Assembly: GCF_006345805.1 (NCBI RefSeq)
Contig: NC_042998.1
Span: 175,832,001-175,896,000, forward strand
DNA: 64,000 nt
From: Octopus sinensis
Taxonomy: Eukaryota
Direction of reading: 5' to 3'
The position numbers were made by a program, and so were the translations under genes. The notes under the pieces were generated by a model. The model searched no databases. It was not told the DNA's origin and saw only the letters and a program-made list of their open reading frames with translations. Shown piece by piece: positions 1-12,889 of this stretch (within the stretch, counting starts at the first letter, position 1; each line of letters begins with the position of its first letter).

Positions 1-69
1 TTTCGCCCGGCGTGCTAACGTTTCTGCCAGCTCGCTGCCTTAGAAGAAGAAGAAGAAGAAGAAGAAGAA

Positions 70-624
70 TGCCCTGATGCAGTACCAGGCAGTGGCTCCC
101 GTGGCTTCTGATCTTAACTGGTTGGAAGTGTTATCATGTACATTGTTTTGTCTTGGTATAAAAGATGGGCTACAGCAAATATTCTGCTCAATACCACAGA
201 TTTGCTTGTCAGTTGTTTGACCTTAACCAGTTGAGCATGTCCCTTAGTGTCTGACGATATGTGCATCTCTGATCACAAGCAGAAGTAGTGGGGGAGCATC
301 ATAGCCATGTGTTGAGAGGGATTCTTTGGGGTTTGAATAATTCACCTCTGGAAGCATGGGTGTTTCGTTCAACATCCTTAAACAACCCTTACTCAGTGAC
401 CTTTTGAGAGGGATGGGTTACTCGACCAGAAGAAAATTCTAACTGGGCCTCACCTGCAAGATCATGTGCTGTTTATCTTGATATGAGATCACCATGTCAC
501 GCACATATGGTTATGATGCATGTGCCTGGTGTACCCTTATCGGACAGGTAGTCATGATGGGTATACTGGGCTTGGTATATTTTACCCCAGTGTCACTTTG
601 ATGGCATGCACTGCTCTCTCACTC

Positions 625-665
<41 letters not shown>
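70..665 (+). mobile_element. Non-coding interspersed element bounded by (GAA)n and (AAT)n, probably the 3' end of a non-LTR retroelement
   Basis: GC-richer ~555-nt block between two microsatellites, ending in an (AAT)n run; no credible ORF. Family assignment is inference. Confidence 0.45.
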
Positions 666-667
<2 letters not shown>

Positions 668-745
668 GAAACATTCCTAAAAAAAATACAAAGCCAAATT
701 TGAAAACATTTAATATATTTCCATTTACTGACATTTAATAAATGA

Positions 746-935
746 CTTACGGAGATGTACTTGCATAGCAAGTGACCTGATCTGAGATCGTGTGCTGGAA
801 CGAAAATAATTGCAGCGTGGAAAGTGTTTATAAGCCATTTAAGAAACACACAAAAACCGTTAGATTCACTTCAACATTTAAATTTAATTTGTCAAAATAT
901 TTTCATCGCTTTGAGACCGCGACCTGTTCACTGAC
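746..935 (-). mobile_element. Penelope-like/retrozyme-like repeat family A with hammerhead-like fold (truncated copy)
   Basis: Near-identical to 12890-13080; minus strand reads GTCA GTGAACA G GTCGC-GGTCTCAAA-GCGAT GAAA ATAT TT TGAC. Confidence 0.65.
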
Positions 936-936
936 T

Positions 937-1185
937 TCTTTCTCTCTCTAAAAAAACTCCCGCCTCCTCAAATTTAGAAAGGAGATTCCCTCTCCCTGAT
1001 CCCAAAAGAGGTTTTATTGCTCCTTATGAAACTTCTGTCGGGGTTCCTGTTTTCGGTTTATTTCAACCAGAAAAATGTTCATTTAAAGAGAATAACAAGC
1101 TACATAATGCAAAATTTTTACTTTTCAAAAATTCCAATTCTAAAGGGTTGAAACAAACCCGAGCAACGCCGGGCGATACTACTAG
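937..1185 (+). mobile_element. Non-autonomous Helitron, 3' part
   Basis: Ends CCCGAGCAACGCCGGG hairpin + CGATACTACTAG|T; 3' ~130 nt shared with 39369-39763. Confidence 0.75.
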
Positions 1186-1660
1186 TATTGTGATATACTT
1201 CTGTTAATATAAATGTTATCTAAACAACTTTGGAGTTGATTTTATTATAGGACATCACGTTGATTAACATCACACCAATACTTCAATACCCATTTCACTT
1301 ATTCTCCAAATATTCCTCAACATTAAAATATCATAAAGAAACAACCTACACCGGAACATTTTACAAAGTGGCAGTCATTGAAGTTAAGTGCTCAGTATTG
1401 ACTCGTAAACAGGTTATTTTTCAACGGTTAACTAAGCGTTATCGTCTGTCACTTAAATAGATAAATTAATCTACAGTCCCACTACTGGACGAGTATAAGA
1501 ATCAGACAAGGTTTCGATCAAATGCGCAATGTTCAAGAATGTAAAAAAGAAATCGGCGCATATGGGGAAAGGGTGGACATGCCCCCCTCTCTCTCTCTTT
1601 CTCTTTTTCTCTCTCTGTAACTGGCAGGACGGAGTTAATGAGGAAGTTAATGATAATAAA

Positions 1661-2056
1661 GGCGGCGAGCTGGCAGAAACGTTAACACGCCGGGCGAAAT
1701 GCTTAGCGGTATTTCGTCTGCCGCTACGTTCTGAGTTCAAATTCCGTCGAGGTCGACTTTGCCTTTCATCCTTTCGAGGTCGATTATATAAGTACCAGTT
1801 ACGCACTGGGGACGATGTAATCGACTTAATCCGTTTGTTTGTCCTTGTTTGTCCCCTCTGCATTTAGCTCCTTGTGGGTAGTAAAGAAATAGGTATTACG
1901 TCTGTCTTTAGGTTCTGAGTTTAAATCCCGTCGAGTCGACTTTGCCTTTCATCCTTTCGGGGTTGATAAATTAAGTACCAGTTGCGTACAGGTGTCGATC
2001 TAAGCGATTGGTCTCCTCCCACCAAATTTCGGGCCTTGTGCCTAGAGTAGAAAAGA
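1661..2056 (+). mobile_element. tRNA-headed SINE family 1 (Meta-domain-like), partially dimeric
   Basis: GGCGGCGAGCTGGCAGAAACGTTA head, B-box-like GAGTTCAAATTCC, central GCCTTTCATCCTTTCGGGGTCGATAAA..GTACCAG domain present twice. Other copies at ~1-42, 9175-9381, 24280-24470, 32135-32366, 46920-47110, 48020-48480, 49423-49595, 53590-53815. Confidence 0.8.
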
Positions 2057-3689
2057 ATATATCTGACAATAAATGCTGAATCATTGACAGACAAATGCGC
2101 ATGACTTGATATGACAAAAAGATAAAATCACAAATATCTCTTTTGTTACTACTGGCTAGATGGAGTCCGAGATAACAGGATAACTCTAATAAGCGTAGGA
2201 GCATAATGAAATCAACCACAGCTCGTTCGAAAATAGGGAGAGTTACTAACAATTGCTGATAAGTTTTTATTTTCTTTCTCCAACTACGAGGGAGATTTCA
2301 CTTTAAAAAAAAAAAAAAAACCTGTGTACATCATTCCAAATTCATGCCATCAGAGCAATTGAATTATTCCCCTTAGCTTATTTTATTTATTATTTATTTT
2401 TAATTATGCAAATGGTTAAAATCTTTGCAAGTATTTTCGGAAATGCACCTGATCAAGTTTGATTATGCCCCACTAGTGAGGCTCCAATATGGCCAAAGCA
2501 TGTCTGTAGCTAACACTTAACTCTAAGCATGTGACAGAAATGGATGAGACATTATTCCCCCTCCCCGTAACTGAATGAAATATGACACTGAAATATTGCA
2601 ATCTTGATAACTTAGCTTTCCAATTTATGAGACATTTTTGAGAGGTGTGCCGATAACAAATAGGTTTTTGAGTTAGTATTCTTACTGACATGTCAGATGA
2701 TGTTTGTTGGAACACTTGCCTATTCCACTCCCTTGAAGTCACTCACAGAAATATTCTGGGGTTTCAAACATTTTCAGAGCACACCAGTCTCACCAGACAC
2801 AATGTATAAATTGAGGGAGTGAGCAGGCCTTCATCATCATCTTCATTTAATGTCTGCTCTCCATGCTGGCATGGGTTGAACAGTTTGACATGGAGCTGAT
2901 TGGACTCTGTCTGTTGAGGCATAATTTCTATGGCTGGGTGCCCTTCCTAATGCCAATTGCTGGGTGTGTTTATGCAGTACTGATGCAAGTGCGTTAATGT
3001 AGCACCAACATGGGTGCTTTTTAAGTGGCACCGGCATCTGAAAGGACAAGCCTGTATGTGTGGAAGACAGCATTTTTACTTAGCTTGATGCGTCTTATCA
3101 AGTACAGCAAATTGTCACAACTCCCGGTCCCTTGTCATTTCCTCAGTGAGACTCAGCATCCAGAGATCCTTCCTCGTCACTTCGTCCCATGCCATCCTGG
3201 GTCTACCCCTTCCACAGGCACCCTCCACAATTAGAGCTCAGCACTTTATGCAGCTGTCCTTATCCATATGCTGCCTGACAAGACCAAACAAGGTCAAAAT
3301 CACGTGATTTGGTGGTCTCAGAGTTGGAGGTAGCAGGGATCTAATTCCCCACTAGTGATATAAACAAGAGTGCATTTTGTACCCAAAGACAATATAAGAG
3401 CTTCCCTTGTGATAACTAACGCAATAAAGTTTCTTCTAATAGAACATTCACGTTTGAGTGGAGATAAATACTATCTGTAGAGGAATGTCAGCTGTGGAAC
3501 ACTGATGTTTGTCTTTCAATCATCTAATTTCACAAAATTAAATGGTTGAAAGACTGTCTAATTTCCAATTTTTGAACATGGTTAAGTATTGGCTTTATAG
3601 AGTTTTAGTGAAATTTATTTAAATGCTTTACGAAAAACGTAAATGTCAAAAATACTGAACTTGAAATTATAAAGCCATATTTTGTGACG

Positions 3690-3945
3690 TCATCATCATC
3701 ATCATCATCATTTAATGTCTGCTTTCCATGCTAGCATGAGTTGGACAATTTGACTGAGGACTGGCAAACCAGATGGCTGCACCAGGCTCCAATCTGATCT
3801 GACAGAGTTTCTACAGCTAGATGCCCTTTCTAATGCCAACCAATTCTGAGAGTGTAGTGGGTGCTTTTACATGCCACCGGCACGAGGGCCAGTCAGGCGG
3901 TACTGGCAACGGCCATGCTCAAATGGTGATTTTTATGTGCCACCA
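3690..3945 (-). mobile_element. 5'-truncated RTE LINE 3' end
   Basis: (GAT)n tail plus CCATGCTAGCATG motif, matching the 3' end of the RTE at 57975-59236. A related, more diverged copy lies at 2831-3275. Confidence 0.8.
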
Positions 3946-6089
3946 TTTACTATTAATAATTTATCAGTATTTTATGAAAAAAAAATTTTTTACTTTTTTG
4001 AAAAATGTAGTATTATTGTAAATATTTCAATGACATCATCTATAGGAAACAGATACATTGTATTTTCAACTAGGTAATGTAATATTGACTCAAATTATAT
4101 AACTGGAATTGTTTTCAAGATGTCAGAGGTTGAAAAGCAAAATCAACCTAGGAGGTGTATAAGCTAAAAGACCTGAGGGTTCAAACTTAAAAAAAAACAA
4201 AATACCAGTGTAGCATCATTGTTATAATTCATTATGATACACAAATCAATGTAGGTATATAGAATATACTAAATTTTTGTTTACAGGCAACATGTTTTGG
4301 ATATAAAGTTGGAGAAATTAGAGTGCACACTTTCACTTTTTGAGGGACACTGACAATGTTAAGTAGAATGTTTACAGTTGGGAATATAAACCAGCATGTC
4401 AAGTTCTCTGCTTTGATTTACTTTTTTTCTTTGTAACTCAACACATGACTATGGTTGCTACTTACGTAGAACACATTTTAAATTATGGGTACAGACATGA
4501 GATATTTGATAAACAAGTCAAAAGCAAGTATTCACCCTTCTGTTAATATTCTACCCTGAAATGCTATTAGTGGTAGTAGCGGGAGAAATACTTTGATCAT
4601 ACATAATCATGTGTAGCAGATGGTGAATGGTATTATATTTATATACAAACAGAAAAGTATCAGTTTGTATTATATCTTCCCATATCAGTTTTCTGTTACT
4701 CATGATCTCATTCTTACAGAGACCAAAATCTGGAACATTTTTATTGTTTTTGTTTTCAAGACAAGAGTTTTTGAAAGGTAGAATGTAGGACGTTGACATA
4801 TTTAGACTTTCCTGTAAAACTACCCATTTATTAAGTCATTGGATACATCATGAAAAGCTCATTAAAAATTCTTTGTTGGCATCTTATTGTTTTGTGTCGG
4901 ATGCTATGTTTAATTCAGCCATTCAGCCAACAAGGATGACTTAAAACAGTGTAACATTGACGTCAAACAATCCACCTCATACATAACATGACAAATCAGA
5001 GATTTATGTTTAGATTAATTTAGAACAAGTTTGCGTAGGTCTGCAATAAATATTCATAATGCTGCATTAATTTTTAATAAACCAAAAATGAAAAGGCAAG
5101 TCAACAAAATTTGGAGACTGAATTATAGAATTTATAGATTGGTGCCAACCTTCTCTTTCATTCCTTTGAGATCAACAGATTTAATCAATCCAACCTGCCC
5201 CTACTTCATAAAATCCTGTTATTTCTCTCTCTTTCTCTCCCCCCCCTCTCTCTATCTATCTATATTTTGGTAAACAGATATGACAATATGGTTTTGATTC
5301 TTGTTTTATGCCATTTATTTTTCATATAAGCTAAGAAATTCCAGTTTCAATTGTAAGATCTCAGGTTCAATCTTACAACCATTGACATCTTGAACAAGGT
5401 GGGGTATCTTTTGCCATAATCCCTGGTAGACCCATTGCTGTGAATAGAATTGAAAAGCTAGAAATTGTAGAAACCCATCAGATGGATTTTACTCATGATT
5501 CAAAGGGCCCGTCATTGTCACATACTGTGTCATGATGATTCTGTTTGAGAATTATGCTATGAATACATGTGTCTGTGGAACATTTAATTACTTACATTTG
5601 TCTTCAATAGATAGTTCAATTGATTAAACAACTGAAATATACATTGCTGAAACTGACAAAGATTCATTTACATAAACTGCAAGCGCCTTTGGGAAAAGCC
5701 TGAATGCCTGAGCATTGTATTTATTCACTCATGAAACTGTAGGATCTTAGAGACAAGTTGAAAGAAATCAATATATTACATATAGGTCTTAAATTTGTGT
5801 TATTTTTTTCCCTCAGTTTTTCATTAGTTTATTTTATCATCCTTTTTAGTTATGCTTTTTCAGTTGACAAAATCATTACAGCAGCAGACAAAATGCCTAA
5901 CAGGGTTTAGTTATGGCCTTTTGTGAACTGGAGGTCAATCTTTGCTTTTATTCTGGAGCTGATGAAAGAAAATATCAGCTAAATACTGTAGTTAGTTAAT
6001 ATTCCTTCTGTGCATCCTAAGTGTCAAAGGAATTATAACAGAAGACTAAAATTTTCCTCATCTCACACTAGAAGAGAAAAGAATTGTTT

Positions 6090-6163
6090 TCACTTTAGTT
6101 TCTTCAGATCTTTCAGAAGTTTTTCAGCGGCAAGTTTCCCAGCTGCACCCATCACACCTCCAC
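6090..6163 (-). CDS. PYROXD2: PYROXD2-like exon 16 (stop)
   Basis: GGVMGAAGKLAAEKLLKDLKKLK*; C-terminal HPGGGVMGAAG motif of the phytoene-dehydrogenase-like family; total CDS 1770 nt. Confidence 0.93.
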
Positions 6164-6370
6164 CTAAATCAAAGATAAAATATTAAATAAATACCTAAAA
6201 ATCATAGAAGTTAGATGAAGAATAAAAGACAAAATAACAGGCAAGATTTTTATCTCAATTTCTCATAATCTTTGTAAGTTTAAAATTGCCAATTCATTAA
6301 AGAATGATTGAATATTACTACAAATGCTTTGTATCATATAGGTAAGCTTCCAGTCAAAAAATAAACATAC

Positions 6371-6491
6371 CTGGGTGTGCACCACTGCCACAAAGATAGA
6401 GGCCAGACACAGGAGATTTGTTACCACACAAGGAAGTTGTTGGCCTACCAGAATATAGCTGGTCAAGACTCATAGAACCATGGAAAATGTT
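6371..6491 (-). CDS. PYROXD2: PYROXD2-like exon 15
   Basis: [40 protein letters not shown](G); 121 nt. Confidence 0.95.
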
Positions 6492-8560
6492 CTGAAAAGC
6501 ATTTGAAAATTAGTACATATAAATAAACATATATTAGTAAATATCTGTTGGTCATTGGATCATATCTATTACATGTTAGTGTGTAAGGGTTCATCATCAT
6601 CACCATCATAATTTAATGTACATGTTCCATACTGGCATGGGTTGAATAGTTTGAAGGGATCTGATGGGGCCAAAGACTGCATTGTATTGCAGTGTCTGCT
6701 TTGGCATGGTTTCTACAGATGGATGCCTTTCCAAATACCAACCACTTTATAGTGTGTATTAGATACCTTTCCATACCACCAGCATTACTGAGGTTGCAAT
6801 GCAACTTGCAACACTATGAACTCCAAAGGAACAGCTGTACACTAGAAGATGAGGAGTAAAAGTATGAGGGAAAGGGGAAGTTCATTATTCACGAATATCA
6901 CTACTTGGGTAAAATGGTTAAGAGAAGCCAAATCTACAGTAGTGTAAATAAACAGCATATCATAGCATATTCAAAGGAATATACTATTTCATTTAACAGT
7001 GGAAACTACTCTATGACATAACATTCATAAATTAAGTTTGTGAGGAGAATATTTGTTATAGTCGATGGTACTTGTGACAAAGTCATTGTTTTTATGTCTG
7101 CTTTCCTGTGCCAGGATGAACAAGATTGAACTTTTGTGGGACATTGGTTTATAGCAGGATGCCTTTCCTAATACAACTTCCTACAACACAGGGTTAACAT
7201 GTACCGGTTCAAAAAACTAGTATACACATGGATGAGATGAGAAATATCAAAACTGATCCCCTCCTTGTTTTATGAATCTTATTAAGTAGTTTTGCCAATG
7301 CAAACTTTCACCAGTGACCTTGAACTGTGGTTTTTCTCTTAGCACAATGAATTAGCTCTGTTGAAATATTGTATTTCATTTAATAATTGGCTTCATGATG
7401 GAATTTTAACATATAAAACAATATGTCAAAATTGTATTGACGTAACCTGTAATGTTGAATACTCTTAAATAATGGGGTTCATCAATAACTTGCTTTCTTT
7501 CCTTATGATATATGGCAATTTTGACTGTTAGAAATCATTATTGAGGCAGAAGAATGCTTAGATAATATTTAGTTTCAGCACAGGGCCAAAGATGTGTAGG
7601 GATGGGTAATGTCATTTAAGTCAATTAGATCATGTATTTGGTACTTATTTTAGTGACTTTTAGAAGATAAAAGGCTGAAAATTGATTCCAGTGAGATTTG
7701 AAATTAAAATGTTGACGTATGAAATTAAATACAACTTGACACATACTTTAACATTCCAGTGTTTTTGTCTGTCCCTTCACTAATTGTTTTAATATAAAAA
7801 TATTATTTAATAAGTTTGACCATAACATATTTTTGGTATTTTATTGAGGCTGCAGGGATGGAAAATAGAGTAGACTCTGAATGGAAATGAACTCAAACTA
7901 TTGGCCCAAGACCAGAATTCTAAAGGAGCATATAGTCAATATAGTTTATTGACCCCAAAAGATAAAGTCAGCCTTTGTAAGATTTGATCTCAGAATGTAA
8001 AGCACCGGAATTAAATAAGCAAGTAATATTGTTTGATGTCTCTAAAGTATTTAGATTAATGTCTGACTGCTTCCATCACTTACAAAAGGTTCAAATAATT
8101 TTTTTATAAATTAAACACAAGGCCAATAGTTTTTTGAGGGGAGGGATTACTTGAAACTATTACCTCTAGTACTTGACTGATATTGATTTAACTTTATCAA
8201 CCCTGGAGGGGTGAAAGACAAAACTGATCATGGGAGGATTTGAACTCAGAACATAAAGAGCTGGAACAAATACTGTTTTTCCAACGTGCTCATTACTGCT
8301 AATCCATCACCTTATATAAAGGTTCTAACAAAGAATTGTTATATTGAAACAAAGCTGTAGATTTTGAAGAGCAGAACAAGTTTATTTTATTGGTACATAT
8401 TTGAAAATGGGATAAAAGTTATGCCAGCTTCAGCAGGGTATGAACTCAAAAAAAATATAAAGATATAGCTAAAAACCATCTGCCACCCTTTATGATGATA
8501 TCCCAAGATAGGTTATGATTCTAATAATAATAATAATGATAATAATAATAAAAATAATAA

Positions 8561-9165
8561 TGTCTGAAATTGGCACAATGTGAATACAAACGACGCCATG
8601 GCAATGTGGCAAAAATGACCCATGGGGAGCTCTGTGGAAATCATGGCCTACAAGGAGCAAAGATGTGGTATGAACAATCCCCAGAAGGAGTCACTGAAAA
8701 TGGGAACTGCAAAATCTTGTGGGATGTAATGATCCAGTGCGATCACCTGACCAGACATAGGAAACCAGACATTGTTGTGGTGAATAAAAAAAAAGAACAT
8801 GTATGATAATCAACATAGCATGCCCCAGTGACGACAGGATCAAAGTGAAAGAAGAAGAAAAAATAAACAACTATGACAATTTGAAGTGGGAAACATGAAG
8901 GTTGTGGTCAGTGAAGAGAGTAGACATGATATCAGTAGTAACTGGTGCACTTGGAAGTATCAGCACTCAACTACCAACATGGCTGAAAAAGATTGGTTTA
9001 AGTGTGAAGGTAGAACACTTACAAAAATCAGCATTGCTTGGAACTGCAAGAATTCTTCGCAGGGTTCTTGAAGCATGACTAGTAAACAAGTGTCACCTTA
9101 GTCTGCTAGCTGTGGACAGCTGACACTTCTCATCATACCCAGTAAAATAAGCTGTGAGTTTTTAT
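8561..9165 (+). mobile_element. R4/Dong-like non-LTR retrotransposon 3' fragment (restriction-like endonuclease), frameshifted
   Basis: EYKRRH..VAK, KILWD..IQCDH...RKPDIVVVNKK, IINIACP, GALG, LQKSALLGTARILRRVL; sits directly after a (TAA)n run. Confidence 0.8.
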
Positions 9166-9441
9166 ATAATACTCCTTTCTATTATAGGCACAAGGTCTGA
9201 AATTTTGGGGGGGGGATAGTTGATTACATCAACCCCAGCAACTGGTACTTAATTTATTGACCCTGAAAGGATGAAAGGTAAAGTCGACCTTGGTGGAATT
9301 TGAACTCAGAACATGGCGATAGACAAAATACAACTAAGCATTTCATCCAGCGTGCTAACAATTCTGCCAGCTCACTGCCTTAATGATGATGATGAGGATA
9401 ATAATAATAATAGTAATAATAATAATAGTAATAATAATAAT

Positions 9442-9740
9442 GTAGGATCTCTAGGAATGATAAAAAAAGGTACTGAAACCTATTTGAAAATCTTACCAGG
9501 CTTACCATCCCTACAGGAAGTGCAAAAAATGATGTTAACTGGAGCGGCTCATATACTGAGAAGAGCATCATCGCTGTGAAAACAGTATCCATTCAGGAAT
9601 TTATTTATTTATTCATTTTTTAAAATACATATTTTACCAGTGAATTTGCGGGTGTTATCTGGGAATGCTTCTCTGCCCTAGGTTTATGAAAACACTCGGC
9701 GAGAAATGGAAGAAAATTTGAAGAAAGAAGGAAAAGAAAA
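9442..9740 (+). mobile_element. Second R4/Dong-like 3' fragment within (TAA)n
   Basis: VGSLGMIKKG...LQEVQKMMLTGAAHILRR C-terminus plus 3' UTR; (TAA)n on both sides. Confidence 0.7.
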
Positions 9741-9821
9741 ATAATAATAATAATTACAAGGTTGAGCTAGAGATTAGTAGAGTTGATTTTAGTTTCTATA
9801 AACATAGTAAATAAAACTCAC

Positions 9822-9928
9822 CCCTCCTGTAAGTCCAAAAGTACTTTCAAGGTCTGGTGGAGCCAGTAGGTCATATCCAATGATGCTTGATTTAAATCCA
9901 GGGGCATAGTTTTCAATATCATTAAACA
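9822..9928 (-). CDS. PYROXD2: PYROXD2-like exon 14
   Basis: [35 protein letters not shown]; 107 nt. Confidence 0.95.
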
Positions 9929-9953
9929 CTGGAAAATACATACATACAAAAGA

Positions 9954-9967
9954 ATATATATATATAT

Positions 9968-10057
<90 letters not shown>
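9954..10057. repeat. (AT)n microsatellite (similar runs at 12164-12308, 13324-13392, 42517-42560 and elsewhere)
   Basis: Seen directly. Confidence 0.95.
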
Positions 10058-10059
<2 letters not shown>

Positions 10060-10570
10060 TCATCATCATCATTTAACGTCCGCTTTCCATGCTAGCATGG
10101 GTTGGACGGTTCAACTGGGGCCTGGGGAGCCCAAAGGCTGCACCAGGCCAGTCAGATCTGGCAGTGTTTCTACAGCTGGATGCCCTTTCTAACGCCAACC
10201 ACTCCGAGAGTGTAGTGGATGATTTTATGTGCCACCGACACAGGTGCCAGACGAGGCTGGCGAACGGCCACGCTCGGATGGTGTTTTTTATGTGCCACCG
10301 ACACAGGTGCCAGACGAGGCTGGCAGACGGCCACGCTCGGATGGTGTTTTTATGTGCCACCGACACAGGTGCCAGATGAGGCTGGTGAACGGCCACGATC
10401 GGATGGTGTTTGTTACGTGCCCACAGCACGGAGGCCAGTCGATGCGGTACTGGCTACGGCCACTTTCGGATGGTTTTCTTGTGTGCCACCGGCACTGGTA
10501 CCACAAAGATACAAATTCCATTGATGTTCATCTATTCTGATTTGTTTTGATTTTGATTTTGATTCTGATT
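10057..10570 (-). mobile_element. RTE LINE 3' UTR copy with three near-identical 62-63-nt tandem subrepeats
   Basis: (GAT)n tail; unit TGTGCCACCGACACAGGTGCCAGACGAGGCTGG..GGCCACGCTCGGATGGTG at 10228, 10291 and 10353. Confidence 0.85.
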
Positions 10571-10590
10571 TTATATATATGCATATATAT

Positions 10591-12160
10591 CAGAGCTTCC
10601 TTGCAGCTGGCAAACTTCCAAGAAAACTGAAGGAAGGTAAAATATGCCCTATTCATAAAGGAGGTAGCAGAGCGGAGGCCAAGAACTACAGACCTATCTC
10701 TCTGACCTCACACATCAGCAAGGTCATGGAATGAATAGTCAGAAGGAAACTAATCACCTTCCTTGAAGAAAATGACTTGCTGCCTGACACCCAACATGGT
10801 TTCCGACCAGGAAGAAGCTGCTTAACTCAGCTCCTGCAGCACTATGACTGGGTGCTGAAACAACTGCTCAACCACTCAAATGTGGAAGTCATATATCTCG
10901 ACTTCGCAAAGGCCTTCGATAAAGTCGATCATGGAATGATATGTCACAAACTGCTTGATCTTGGCATAGTTGGAAAACTAGGAGAATGGCTTCATGACTT
11001 TCTGAAGAATAGAAGTCAGGTGGTAGCAGCTAATGGGGCCACTTCCATTAGCACGCAAATAGTGAGCGGTGTTCCACAGGGCACTGTTTTGGGACCACTA
11101 CTGTTCATAATGGCCCTCTCAGACATGCCCTCAGCCACGTGGAGAGCCACGATCACAAGTTATGCAGATGATACAAAAGTTTCACAGGCAATACAGAACC
11201 CTGAGGACACTAAGCACCTGCAATGTGAGCTGGACGAAATATACAAGTGAGCTGAAAAGAATAGCATGCAGTTCAATGCTGAAAAGTTTCAAGCTTTATA
11301 CTATCAGCATGCAAAACTGAATGCAATACCCAATGAATACACTGGACCCGGAGGGATTGCAATCCCAGAGGCACAATCAGTGCGTGACCTGGGTATTCAC
11401 ATGAGTGATGACGCGACCTTTCATGTACATGTTGCTAAACTGACAATGAAATGCAGACGGCTGGTTGGATAGATTCTTAGAACCTTTAGAACAAGAGAAC
11501 AAGAAACCATGATGGTCCTCTGGAAGACACTTGTCCTAAGCCACTTTGACTATTGCTCTCAGCTATGGTCACCATCCAGTGTCAAGTTGATCACAGAACT
11601 TGAGGCGATCCAACGAAGCTACACGAAGAAGATAGCCTCTGTGCAGCATACGAGCTACTGGAGAGACTCAAGAGATTAAAGCTCTATTCCCTGGAGCGTA
11701 GGCGAGAAAGATATGCCATAATATATATCTGGAAGATCCTGGAAGGTCTTGTCCCAGACTTTGGCATCGAGAGTCACACAAATGCCAGAACCGGACGCCA
11801 CTGCGTAGTACCAAGGACTCCAAATTTGCCATCAAGATGTAGGACAAGATATTGTGATAGCCTGGGCTTCAGAGGCCCACGGCTCTTCAATGTCCTCCCG
11901 AAGAACCTGAGGGACCTGCATGGTGTAGATGCGGATGTCTTTAAAGTAGGACTGGATCTCTTCCTGTCAGGTGTCCCGGATGAACCAACTTCACGGCAGG
12001 AGGTGCAGATGAGGGCAGCTGCATCGAACTCTCTCATGCATCAGATGGCGTTTGCTAAAAAGCATCCGTGAGGTAAACCCGTGTAGCAAACCAAATGGCG
12101 GTGCCCCAGCATGGCCACAGCTCATTAGCTGAAACTGGAAAAATCAAAATCAAAATCAAA

Positions 12161-12163
<3 letters not shown>
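10591..12163 (+). mobile_element. 5'-truncated CR1-like LINE (reverse transcriptase, disrupted) with (AAAATC)n tail
   Basis: NYRPISLTS, QHGFRPGRSC, YLDFAKAFDKVDH, SGVPQGTVLGPLLF and YADD motifs; in-frame stops near 10732, 11248 and 11470; inserted in (AT)n. Confidence 0.92.
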
Positions 12164-12198
<35 letters not shown>

Positions 12199-12276
12199 GT
12201 TTCACCAGCGATAATAATTAATTTTATTTTATCGCAATTTGACTTGTTTATATATGTGTATATATATATATATATA

Positions 12277-12307
<31 letters not shown>

Positions 12308-12889
12308 ACATCCTCCTCCTCCTTCTAGTCATCATCGTCATCATTTCAGTATCCACTTTTTCATGCTTACATGGGTCAGACATAAGAATCAAAGTTTCTA
12401 TGATTGCACCCCCTTCCTGTCACCAACCCATGCCCATTTACAAGCAGGGTGATATTTCCCCGAGTTCTTCAAGCAATCAAACAATGAACAACTCAATGGC
12501 TGGATATATTTCCATGGAAGGTTGCAAACAAATGACACTGTTTGTATGAACATGGACTTTGTGTACAATCAATGCCCAAATTTCAAAATGAGGGAAGACA
12601 AATGCACACATACATACATGCATGCCTGCTTGCCTACCTATATATATATATATATATATTATATATATGAGTCTGATGAGATTTATTGAGGTAGATTTTT
12701 CTATGCCTAGATGCTCTTTATGTTGCCACCCCTCCCTCTTCCCAATCAAGGTATTATTTCTCCATGATTTGACATGTTTTATTAAAGGCTCTACTTGTAT
12801 GGTAGCGATACTTGCTATGTCTATCCATTGGTGTCAAGACAAGGAGAGACAAACACACACATGCAAGCATGCATACACACACACACACA

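Noticed and set aside
1471-1867. 112-130 aa ORFs (also 49088-49596)
   Set aside because: Chance translations of SINE family 1.
9818-10072. ORFs with poly-IY, poly-N, poly-D or CV tracts (many in the track)
   Set aside because: Microsatellite translations; the real exon here is in a different frame.
10220-10420. Regularly spaced repeats suggesting a CRISPR array
   Set aside because: The units are tandem with no unique spacers, lie in an RTE 3' UTR, and the context is eukaryotic with no cas genes.
10777-11472. Reverse-transcriptase ORFs as a retron, DGR or domesticated RT
   Set aside because: A stop-interrupted, 5'-truncated CR1-like LINE with a simple-repeat tail.
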